This document shows, piece after piece, positions 53,519-62,443 of a stretch of 64,000 bases of DNA. The stretch lies in sequence record OP557969.1; one strand, written 5' to 3'. Below the pieces are notes generated by a model. That model had not been told where the DNA came from and searched no databases. It was given only the letters and a program-made list of their open reading frames with translations. Position 1 is the first letter of the stretch; every line of letters begins with the position of its first letter. Position numbers and translations under genes: made by a program.

Positions 53519-55039
53519 ATGATTCAAAGCACAGTGGATGTGAAACAATATGGGATTAATGCACAACAATACTTATTATCTCAGATTTTCAGTAATCCTG
53601 ATTTGTATGTACGTTGTAAAAATATCCTTAAACCTGAATATTTTGATAAAACATTTCATGAAAGTATTCAATTCGTACATGATTACGCCGCAAAATATAG
53701 TTCTTCTCCAACGTTGAAAGATATTGAAGTTAAAGGTGGTTATCAATACGATCATTATGAAGTACAAGAATTACATAAACAATCAGTACTTGATACCTGT
53801 GGTGAGTTTTGTCGCCATAAAGCATTAGCATTGGCAGTTGAAAAAGGAATGGAACTTGTTCATCAGAAAAAATATGGTGGAATCGAAGAGCTAATCCGAG
53901 AAGCGATGTTGGTAACTGTACAGAATGAGTTAGGTTTGGACATTTTTGAAAATCCAGAAGATACCATTCGCTCACTAAGTTCAATGCAAGGGTCATTTAA
54001 AAGTGGATGGGAAACTCTTGATTATAAACTTTTCGGTGGTTTTGGGCGTAGAGAGTTAGAGATCTTTGCTGCTGCATCAGGTGGTGGTAAATCAGTAGTG
54101 TTGCAAAATTTAGCAGTAAACTTTGCTAAAGCTGGTATGAATGGTGCATACATCTCACTAGAACTAGCTGAAGAGTTGGTTGCAGTTCGTATCTATGGTA
54201 TGATGACAGAATCGAAGCTCAGTAATGTAAAAAATGAAGCTGAAAAGATTGGATTTGCCGTTAAGGTAGAAGGTAAAAATAGTGGCATCTTGCGTATTAA
54301 ACGTTTACCTGAATCTGTAACAACAACAGATGATATTGAAAGCTATTTGCGTGAATTACAAATTAAGTTGGAAATAAAACTTGATTATGTATGCGTGGAC
54401 TATTTGGATCTATTAACTTCTAATCGTCTTGGTCCAAATGATAAATCCAACACATTTACAAAAGACAAATTTGTATCAGAAGAATTACGTGCTCTTGCGT
54501 CCAAAATGGATCTAACAGTTTTCACTGCATCACAGTTTAACCGTAGTGGGATGGATGAAGATAAGAAAAGTCAAAGTCAGATTGCTGGTGGTATTTCTAA
54601 AATTTATACTGCGGATAACGTAATTTATATTGAAGCAAAAAAAGACACTGGTGAATTATGGTTTGATTTTCAAAAAACACGTAACAGTAGTGCTGTTGGT
54701 TCACGTTTGCGTATGTCATATGATATTGATTCATTGCGTGTTCTTGATCATGCAACTACAGTACAACAAATGGAAACTGAAGGTAATGGTTTTCGACACA
54801 GTGGACTCTCTAAGATTGGTGGGGGTAATATGGTGTTACCACCTAGTACAATGCAAACATTGCGTCATACGCTCTCTGGTGCTGCCAAAACACCATCTAC
54901 ACAACCAAACAATCAGATAACACTAAATACTGATAGTGCTCCTAACACCGCAACACAAAATGACTCACAGTCACCGCCACAACACGCGGCTTCTGACCGT
55001 GTTCATGCGATGAAGCAATGGTTAAATCAAAGGAAATGA
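53519..55039 (+). CDS. gp41: Replicative DNA helicase, gp41/DnaB-like
   Basis: AASGGGKS, YISLEL, VDYLDL, TASQFNR, KTRN. Confidence 0.93.
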   Translation: MIQSTVDVKQYGINAQQYLLSQIFSNPDLYVRCKNILKPEYFDKTFHESIQFVHDYAAKYSSSPTLKDIEVKGGYQYDHYEVQELHKQSVLDTCGEFCRHKALALAVEKGMELVHQKKYGGIEELIREAMLVTVQNELGLDIFENPEDTIRSLSSMQGSFKSGWETLDYKLFGGFGRRELEIFAAASGGGKSVVLQNLAVNFAKAGMNGAYISLELAEELVAVRIYGMMTESKLSNVKNEAEKIGFAVKVEGKNSGILRIKRLPESVTTTDDIESYLRELQIKLEIKLDYVCVDYLDLLTSNRLGPNDKSNTFTKDKFVSEELRALASKMDLTVFTASQFNRSGMDEDKKSQSQIAGGISKIYTADNVIYIEAKKDTGELWFDFQKTRNSSAVGSRLRMSYDIDSLRVLDHATTVQQMETEGNGFRHSGLSKIGGGNMVLPPSTMQTLRHTLSGAAKTPSTQPNNQITLNTDSAPNTATQNDSQSPPQHAASDRVHAMKQWLNQRK

Positions 55040-55042
55040 TAA

Positions 55043-55315
55043 ATGTCTAGTAAATCCAATAAAAAGAATCTACTTGATAGTATAGTTGACTATACACCAG
55101 AGAAAGACACACTACAAAGTTTTAGTAATCGTGCAGACCACGCGATAAACTCTGTGATTCATTTATTGGAGAGCATTGAAGATGAGTTTAACCAAACTGA
55201 TGCCGAAGATTTAAAAAAACGTTTATTTCTAAGTATAAAAAACCGAGATTATAAAAAGTTTCAAAAAGGGTTAGAAAACATAGCACTTGATGAAAAACGT
55301 AATAAGGGAAATTGA
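55043..55315 (+). CDS. Hypothetical protein
   Basis: 90 aa coupled to the helicase; begins with KKNLLDSI. Confidence 0.7.
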   Translation: MSSKSNKKNLLDSIVDYTPEKDTLQSFSNRADHAINSVIHLLESIEDEFNQTDAEDLKKRLFLSIKNRDYKKFQKGLENIALDEKRNKGN

Positions 55316-55316
55316 T

Positions 55317-55481
55317 ATGAAGAAAAAGAATATTAAAGAGAATGCATCATCCGGTGCTACTTCAGCAGGTGCTATTGCATCAGTCAGTACTGGTTTGCAT
55401 TATCCATTACATCGTCGATTGCCTCCAACAGACTTCTTTGGATATAAAGTAGTAGAGACAAAAGATAAGGACACAGAATGA
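55317..55481 (+). CDS. Small protein with an MCP-N-terminus-like motif
   Basis: 54 aa from MKKKNIKE; ENASSGATSAGAIA resembles MCP ESATSGATTAGNIA. Confidence 0.6.
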   Translation: MKKKNIKENASSGATSAGAIASVSTGLHYPLHRRLPPTDFFGYKVVETKDKDTE

Positions 55482-55870
55482 AACCATATACTTTCTACAC
55501 TATACATACTGTAGTAGATATCGGTGATGGTAAAACTCCAACAATAATAGATTCAAAGTTTACTGGTGCAATGAATTTATCTAGATTGTTGGAGGCAATT
55601 ATGGTATATGATTATCCTATGATGGTAAGTGTTGTTAAAAATGAAGTTGATTTATATAAAGATAATAATTCATCTTTTTATAATATACCAATTTCATGGG
55701 GTAAATGTACAATAAGCACATTTAAATTTGCACTACCAATGGATGTTGAACTTAGATTGAATGGTATTCCATTAGTTCTACCAACTGAATTAAATGGTAA
55801 ACGAATAACTAAATTTATCACATCTGGTGATGATATCAACATTAGCATCAGTAAACAGACCTTTTCTTAA
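55478..55870 (+). CDS. Hypothetical protein
   Basis: 130 aa; ATGA overlap with the upstream gene. Confidence 0.7.
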   Translation: MKPYTFYTIHTVVDIGDGKTPTIIDSKFTGAMNLSRLLEAIMVYDYPMMVSVVKNEVDLYKDNNSSFYNIPISWGKCTISTFKFALPMDVELRLNGIPLVLPTELNGKRITKFITSGDDINISISKQTFS

Positions 55871-55926
55871 TTGTGATAAATATCATAAAGTGAGACAAAG
55901 GTCTTTTTTATTTTTATGGAGAAAAT

Positions 55927-56871
55927 ATGGATATAAACCAAACAGCAACCGAGCTTCAAAAGTTCGCAGATGCACATAATTTAAATGTTGATGTTTCTGT
56001 AATTCTTGATAATATGGATGCAGGTGATTTCATCACCTTAAATTCTGCGATTGATAATTCTGACAATCGTGAAATATTCCAAATTTTACAAAAATACAAA
56101 GCACAGATGAGTGAATGTTATGAATACTTCAGTACTAAAAATGTTAGTAAACATATAAACGAAAGTACTGAACTTTATAGTATTATTGATGCAATGTCAC
56201 TAAAACAATTAGAAGAAATGTATAATAAAAAATATACTTATTCTGATACAACAAAATTAACCACACAGGAATTAAAAGCGATTGTATTTGAGGATTTTCA
56301 AAATCAAACAACACAAATGCAAGCTAAACAAATTGCTAAAATGAATGTTTCTCAAGACCAACAGCAAGTTAATCCACAAACACAAGCTAAAATGAAACAA
56401 GCTGAGCTACAAAGAAATGCTAATAATATAAAGGTTAGTGTTCCTGGTACACAAGACGGTACTGATGCAGTTGAGCCAGTTGTGGGTATTGATCCAGGTC
56501 AAACACCAGAACAATCACTAGTAGTGACAAAGAGTGGTACTAAACCGAATGAATTGAATGTTTTCCCATTAAATGATGTCAATCCTATAGACAATCAAAA
56601 CACGCCAATCCGTGAGGAAAAATCCCCACAAGAAATCAATAGTGAACTAATGGGTAATTCAAGTTTAGAGTCTGATAGTAACCCTGATACACAATCACCA
56701 CTATCACATCACGCCCCTGGTATGGGTGAAATGATTCATGCTATTTCTGATATCGAAAAAGAAGATGATATTTATGGTGATGAAAGTGTAATGGCAAACC
56801 AGTCCCAATCTGAGAATGATGACATGGTGGATCAAATTATTGATTATTGTCATCGTATGCGAGGTCGTTGA
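55927..56871 (+). CDS. Late protein, probable internal head protein
   Basis: ATAAATA at 55876; Gln/Asn-rich linkers; INES motif. Confidence 0.65.
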   Translation: MDINQTATELQKFADAHNLNVDVSVILDNMDAGDFITLNSAIDNSDNREIFQILQKYKAQMSECYEYFSTKNVSKHINESTELYSIIDAMSLKQLEEMYNKKYTYSDTTKLTTQELKAIVFEDFQNQTTQMQAKQIAKMNVSQDQQQVNPQTQAKMKQAELQRNANNIKVSVPGTQDGTDAVEPVVGIDPGQTPEQSLVVTKSGTKPNELNVFPLNDVNPIDNQNTPIREEKSPQEINSELMGNSSLESDSNPDTQSPLSHHAPGMGEMIHAISDIEKEDDIYGDESVMANQSQSENDDMVDQIIDYCHRMRGR

Positions 56872-57089
56872 TGAGAACAGTACTGAATGTGCATGGTCAC
56901 AATACGATAGTTTCCAATGAAGAATATAAACTGTTACAAAAGATAAAAGCACGCGGTACTGTTCCAGTTGAAAAAGTAAATGAATATTATCAGGAACTAG
57001 CTAATAAAATGGTATCGCGTGGTGTTCTACATAAAATAGAAAATGATGATGGTACTGAATCATACCAAACTGTTAGGAGTAGTAAATGA
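56871..57089 (+). CDS. Small hypothetical protein (possible winged helix)
   Basis: Start at MRTVLN (TGA/ATG overlap); LANKMVSRGVLHKI helix-wing-like end. Confidence 0.6.
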   Translation: MRTVLNVHGHNTIVSNEEYKLLQKIKARGTVPVEKVNEYYQELANKMVSRGVLHKIENDDGTESYQTVRSSK

Positions 57090-57760
57090 ATTACGAATAT
57101 GATCAACAATCCGTTAATCAGATGGCAGATTTATTAAGTGGTCTTAATGATATTGAAGCTGGTGAAACACATAATGCCGCAGGTGTTCCATATAAAGCAA
57201 GTGGTGATATTGGTGCAATGACTGCAATTTTAACTTCATTAAATGAAGCTGGAATGGATTACGGTACTGATCCAGAGAAGATTCATCCGAACGTTGTGCC
57301 ATACAATGCACCATTCAATGAACACATGAATGGACAACAATCTACCATTCAGCCATATAGTCAACCATCTAAGCCGAAAACTAATTGGAGCTTAGTAGAA
57401 GAAAAAGTTCAAGGAACTAAATCTACCAAAGTGTATAGTATCAAGTGTAATCATAGTTCACAGATTATTATGAATAATATTATGATGTATGAAGCTGCAC
57501 TTACATTAGTTAATCTTTTGAATGAAGGACGAATGTTGACAGATGCAAAACTCCTTGGTATAATTAGTTCTGGATTACAATACACAAATGTAATCAGTGA
57601 GGCATTAAAAGCTGCTCAAAGGCGACAACGTGTTCTTAATGAATCAAAGTATGATGAAGCAAAAGAATTAGATATAATTATTGCAGAAAAGAAAGCAGAA
57701 GCTTATAAATTGAAAGAGCGTGTATTGAACTTTCTTAAAAATGAAGGGTATATTACCTGA
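57086..57760 (+). CDS. Hypothetical late protein
   Basis: 224 aa, coupled ATGA start; LNES motif. Confidence 0.7.
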   Translation: MNYEYDQQSVNQMADLLSGLNDIEAGETHNAAGVPYKASGDIGAMTAILTSLNEAGMDYGTDPEKIHPNVVPYNAPFNEHMNGQQSTIQPYSQPSKPKTNWSLVEEKVQGTKSTKVYSIKCNHSSQIIMNNIMMYEAALTLVNLLNEGRMLTDAKLLGIISSGLQYTNVISEALKAAQRRQRVLNESKYDEAKELDIIIAEKKAEAYKLKERVLNFLKNEGYIT

Positions 57761-59508
57761 TGTTAGATGAATTGAAGAAATTCTTAAAAAGCAAAAACAA
57801 AAAAACATGGGTTAAGTTGGTAAACAATAATGAATTATATTTTAAATATGTTCGTGAATTGTTCCCAACTAAACCAATGAATGAAGCATTGTATCTTATC
57901 ATGAATGACATGGTGCGTGCACCATCTGCCCCATGTGGTTCTGAATGTAAATTTATTAATGGTTCATATGATAAGTATTGTTCTAAGCCTACAAAACCAA
58001 ACAAAAATCGTGATAATGGGTTTTGTGTAGTATGTAATGAGCATTGGAAGCAAAACAAACTCAAAAATACTAAACAAAAATGTCTTGATGTTTATGGTGT
58101 CGAACATCATTGGCAAAGAAATGATGTAAAAGATAAAATAAAAAGTACTAATATGAAACGATATGGTGTTGAACACAATTCACACGTCGAACATGTACTT
58201 GAAAAAAGAAAGGAAACTTTCATTGAAAGATATGGTGTTGAATCACCGTTATCATCTGTTGAAATTCGTGATAAGATAAAAGCAACAAACATTGCAAAAT
58301 ATGGTGTTGAAAATTATGGAAGTACATGTGAATGTATCGAAAAACGAAATAAAACAATGCAAGAATTATATGGTTTTAGTAATGCACAACATGTAAAGAA
58401 GTTTTCAAATGAATCAAAGATTACTAAATCTAAAATAAGATATGATAAAATTTTATCTATTATTAACCCTTCATATAAAGAACTGTTTGAATATGATGAC
58501 TTGATAGATTCAACCAATGAAAGTAAACTTCCGTACTATTGTGAAATACACAAAGGACTGTTTTATAGTAATTATAAATATGGTATAGTTTGTGATGTTT
58601 GCAACCCACCTGTATATAGTTCAATACAAAATGAAATAAAAAACTTTGTATCAACATTGACTGAATGTAACATTATCATGAATGATAGAAGTAATGGGTA
58701 TGAGTATGATATATACATCCCTGAACTTCAGATAGCAATAGAAGTCAATGGAATGTATTGGCATAAAAGTGATATGGTTGATAAGTATTACCATAGAACA
58801 AAAACAATAAATTCGATAGAACGTGGGATTAGATTGATACATATCTTTGAAGATGAATGGTACTGTAAACAGGAAATTATTAAAAATAGATTAATGAATG
58901 TTTTTCAGTGTTCTAGAAAGATTTATGCCAGAAAATGTATTGTTAAAAAAATTAACACTAATATTTGTTATGATTTCTTAAACACTAATCATATACAAGG
59001 ATATACTAAATCTGGAATAAACTATGGTTTGTTTTATAATCAAGAATTGATTGCAGTAATGACGTTCGGAAAAAGTCGATATGATAAAAAATTTGAATAT
59101 GAACTAATACGATACTGCTCACGTGGAACTGTTGTTGGTGGTGCTAGTAAATTATTGTCTGCATTTGAGCGTGAATACAAACCATTGTCGTTGATGAGTT
59201 ACGCTGACTTGAATTGGGGGTCAGGACAGTTATACATATCTCTTAACTTTGAAAATTTAGGATACACAGAACCCAAATATTTTTATTATGATCCAAAAAC
59301 AAAACAGCGTTTTTCTAGACATAAATTTAGAAAACATAAATTAATTGAAATGGGCTACGACTCATCTAAAACTGAAGAAGATATATGCTTAGGTGAAATT
59401 GGATTGTATAAAATATACGATTCTGGTAATTGCAAATTTGCTAAATATTATTACAACACAAACATTACAGGAGATATTGAAAAATGTCCAAATCGTACAA
59501 AAAACTAA
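57760..59508 (+). mobile_element. Free-standing Hef-like homing endonuclease gene, copy 2
   Basis: Same architecture as 22890-24488: YGVE repeats, EYDIYIPELQIAIEVNGMYWH, YARKC...YELIRYCS...GGASKLL...MSYAD; overlaps both flanking genes. Confidence 0.7.
58093..58380 (+). repeat. Five YG motifs at 23-aa (69-nt) period in Hef-like copy 2
   Basis: YGVEH, YGVEH, YGVES, YGVEN, YGFSN begin 58093 to 58369 = 4 x 69 nt. Confidence 0.85.
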
Positions 59509-60119
59509 TGGAAACTGCTTCTCGTGCTGAAGCAATGAAATTTATTAAATTGAATGAATCTAATATTGAAAAGGCAGAAATCGTCCTTTCAGTTAAAGGT
59601 GAAATTGTTGATAAATTACAACGTCAATCAGAGGTTATTAATAACATGGGTGTTGACGTACTAGGCCCACTACTGGATCGTATTAAAGCTGAACAGGGTT
59701 TGGATGCCGCACAAAATTTTAGTGATAATGTTCGTCATCTTCTACAACATGCTGTAGCTACTTTAATGGACGTGAAAGACAAAATCAGTACTGAAACACT
59801 AAAACTAACTGGTGATATTACTGATGGTCCTGATGTTTCTGATATTGGTAGTGAAGATGTTGATATTGACATTGCCAGTGACACCCCAACTTTTGATATG
59901 GATGCTGATGCAGATTTTGAAGATGATATTATTTCTGAGCCTGTTCCAACTGAGCGTGAGATGAAAGAATCGGTTAAGCCACGTAAAGTTGGTGTAAAAA
60001 TGGAAAGTATTCGCGGTACTGTAGGAACTAAATATTTTAGTTCAAAAGACGAAATGAAAACATGGCTATCTGAGAATGAAAAGAAAGTTAAACGAGTTCT
60101 AGGGTATGTTAAAAAATAA
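59484..60119 (+). CDS. Hypothetical late protein, probable head component
   Basis: 211 aa; acidic linker; LMET, LNES and MKES motifs. Confidence 0.7.
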   Translation: MSKSYKKLMETASRAEAMKFIKLNESNIEKAEIVLSVKGEIVDKLQRQSEVINNMGVDVLGPLLDRIKAEQGLDAAQNFSDNVRHLLQHAVATLMDVKDKISTETLKLTGDITDGPDVSDIGSEDVDIDIASDTPTFDMDADADFEDDIISEPVPTEREMKESVKPRKVGVKMESIRGTVGTKYFSSKDEMKTWLSENEKKVKRVLGYVKK

Positions 60120-60135
60120 TAAAGGGTGAATCTAC

Positions 60136-60471
60136 ATGAGGTTTAGTGATCTTACTGAAGAGGCTCCTGGAAAAGATATACGCAATATGATCACGACTAT
60201 TGCGTTGTCTTTAATGTCCACTGGTAGAGAAGATGTGAATGTTCAATCTTTAATTTCTGAAATTAAAAAGAGAACCAACATCGATGTTCCATACAATGTG
60301 ATGATGGATATTTTGAATTCCCTACCTTTTGTACAGGATGCTAATTCAGATATTGTAACTTTTGTTGGTAATTCAGCAGAAGGTTCAGGTGAATCTGAAC
60401 AAAATTCGGAAGAGCAAGTTGAAGATTGGGCAACAAAAGCTGCTGTGTCAGCAAATAAACAAAAAAACTGA
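60136..60471 (+). CDS. Hypothetical protein
   Basis: 111 aa; MRFSDLTEE start resembles processed head proteins. Confidence 0.7.
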   Translation: MRFSDLTEEAPGKDIRNMITTIALSLMSTGREDVNVQSLISEIKKRTNIDVPYNVMMDILNSLPFVQDANSDIVTFVGNSAEGSGESEQNSEEQVEDWATKAAVSANKQKN

Positions 60472-60497
60472 AACAAATAAAAATATAATGCTATAAT
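60469..60497 (+). promoter_or_regulatory. Early/middle promoter TGAAACA-N16-TATAAT with extended -10
   Basis: TGAAACA 60469-60475, TGC then TATAAT 60492-60497; upstream of the exonuclease. Confidence 0.65.
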
Positions 60498-60510
60498 TAG
60501 GAGTACACGG

Positions 60511-61230
60511 ATGTACACACCACCAATTGTTAGCAGATATACATACGTTGGTTATAATAGAATTGAAGGCGGCCCAGAAGGTCGCCTTTATTCAACTCCA
60601 ACAGGTAATCTGCCATCAGTAACAACAATTCTTAGTGCGACCTCAAATGATGAGGGTTTAAAGAAGTGGAGAGAATTCGTTGGTGAAGAAAAAGCTAATG
60701 AAATCACATTAGAAGCATGTACAATTGGTACTTTTATGCATGAGAACTTAGAATTTAGATTAGAAGGCAAACCAGACCATGAAGGTGGTATGCCAGTTAG
60801 AGTTCTAGCACGAAGGATGGCTGATAAGATTCAGGAAGAAGCATGGCCTCGAATCAATGAAGTGTGGGGACAGGAAGTCCCCTTGTATTATGAAGGTTTG
60901 TGGGCAGGTACAACAGACTTAGTAGGTGTTCATGATGGAATTCCAACCATTATGGATTATAAAAATTCTCGTAAGGTTAAGAAGTGGTCACAAATTGAAA
61001 ATTATCGTATGCAAATCGCTGCGTATGCATTAGCTCACAATCAAATGTTTGGTACTAATATAGAACGTGGTGTTATTTTCATCTGTGTAAGAAAAGACCC
61101 TAATAATCTACAATATCAAGAGTTTATTATTGAAGGACAAGACTTCAAAGATGCTGTTAATATGTGGATTGAACGTGTAGAACAATACTATATTTTACGT
61201 GGAGAAATTGAATCAAATGGAGCAGCATAA
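60511..61230 (+). CDS. PD-(D/E)xK exonuclease (RecB/Cas4/lambda-exonuclease-like)
   Basis: LPSVTTIL, GTFMH, QEVPLY, AGTTDLVG, IMDYK, QIAAYALA. Confidence 0.88.
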   Translation: MYTPPIVSRYTYVGYNRIEGGPEGRLYSTPTGNLPSVTTILSATSNDEGLKKWREFVGEEKANEITLEACTIGTFMHENLEFRLEGKPDHEGGMPVRVLARRMADKIQEEAWPRINEVWGQEVPLYYEGLWAGTTDLVGVHDGIPTIMDYKNSRKVKKWSQIENYRMQIAAYALAHNQMFGTNIERGVIFICVRKDPNNLQYQEFIIEGQDFKDAVNMWIERVEQYYILRGEIESNGAA

Positions 61231-61771
61231 AAAAATGAAACAAGATCTATATACAATTCGTGCTTTAGAAAGTAAAGGGTATGATTTAGAAGAAGTTATC
61301 AAACTAAGTGATGAAGAAATTGACAATCTTGATTTATCACATAAACTGATTCTAAATATTAAAGATTATAAACAGCGTGGTGCTAAACCTGTAGAAGTAA
61401 TTAAAGAACAAATTGCACAAGATATTAGTATCGATGAGGTATCACGTAATGTGCCACCAGAAGTAATCCAAGAGTATGCTGTCAATAGTGAAGAACAGGT
61501 AAAAGTTTCTAAAGAAGTCGAAAGTATGGCAGAAGAACTAGTTCCTGAAGTCAAAGAAGATGAAATTGTTATTGAGCGAGTGGTTTCTTCTAAAGAAGAT
61601 TTGGATATTATCAAAGAAGCACTACAAACTAAAGAGCTTAAAAGTGTATCTAGTTATGTAAAACATTTAAAATCTATCGTCCCAGAACAGATTCTATCTT
61701 CTGTCGATAGTTCAGTAGTATCTCAGTTGATCAATGAGCGTATTACTGAAGTTAAAGAAAAAGCTAAATAA
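61217..61771 (+). CDS. Hypothetical protein with N-terminal HhH/alpha-CTD-like segment and acidic tail
   Basis: Start at MEQHKK after GGAG; TIRALESKGY...LSDEEI...LILNIKDYKQRG pattern. Confidence 0.6.
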   Translation: MEQHKKMKQDLYTIRALESKGYDLEEVIKLSDEEIDNLDLSHKLILNIKDYKQRGAKPVEVIKEQIAQDISIDEVSRNVPPEVIQEYAVNSEEQVKVSKEVESMAEELVPEVKEDEIVIERVVSSKEDLDIIKEALQTKELKSVSSYVKHLKSIVPEQILSSVDSSVVSQLINERITEVKEKAK

Positions 61772-61798
61772 TCCTATGATACTATAGGAGATAGTTTT

Positions 61799-62380
61799 AT
61801 GGCACAACAACAAATTGCATTACAACAAGTACGAACTGGTAAACAACGAGATTTACCAGATGCATTAGAAAAAGGTCAGATAGGATTTAGTACTGATGTG
61901 GGTCGTGTATTCATTGGTCTACCATCATCATCTGACCCAGCTAGTCTAGTTGCAGGAAGAACATGGACAACTGATCCAAATTCAGGAAAAGAAAACGTAG
62001 AAATAATTACAGAATTTTCACCGTGGAGAACGGTTTCCAAAATAGTCAATAGGCCATTTAAAGTGGATCTCCCACAAAATCAAGATAAAATTGAAGTTAT
62101 TCTTGATAGTGAGAGTCGAGTCTTTATTGATTATATTGCATATGATGATACTGAAGAGGTTTTAGAATCTGGAACAGTCCAAATTGTGGCGATTGGCTCA
62201 AAGGCGATGTTTGCACAGTCTAATAACACAAATCGAAATGATGCGATTATATCTATTACATTTGAAGATCCTGCATATGATCCAACAACTGGAAATATGC
62301 AATTCAATATAGTTAACTCGGATTATTTAAATGCAGGATATCATATAGAATTTGTATATCGTGGGTGGGACAAACCTTAA
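61799..62380 (+). CDS. Structural protein with Mtd-N/hyaluronidase-N-like fibre motif
   Basis: QQVRTG...LEKGQIGFSTDVGRVFIG matches the L..GE.G...DT....IG motif of fibre/baseplate N-termini. Confidence 0.55.
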   Translation: MAQQQIALQQVRTGKQRDLPDALEKGQIGFSTDVGRVFIGLPSSSDPASLVAGRTWTTDPNSGKENVEIITEFSPWRTVSKIVNRPFKVDLPQNQDKIEVILDSESRVFIDYIAYDDTEEVLESGTVQIVAIGSKAMFAQSNNTNRNDAIISITFEDPAYDPTTGNMQFNIVNSDYLNAGYHIEFVYRGWDKP

Positions 62381-62398
62381 AAGGCGTCCCGCCTTTTT
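62379..62398 (+). terminator. Terminator before nrdA
   Basis: AAAGGCG-TCC-CGCCTTT followed by TTC. Confidence 0.55.
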
Positions 62399-62443
62399 CT
62401 TCCACTAAAAAAGTAATTTACATCAAAAAAACAAGGATGACAT

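Noticed and set aside
55891-55897. TGAGACA here (and TGGGACA at 62366) as further promoters
   Set aside because: No TATAAT-like hexamer at the 16-nt spacing
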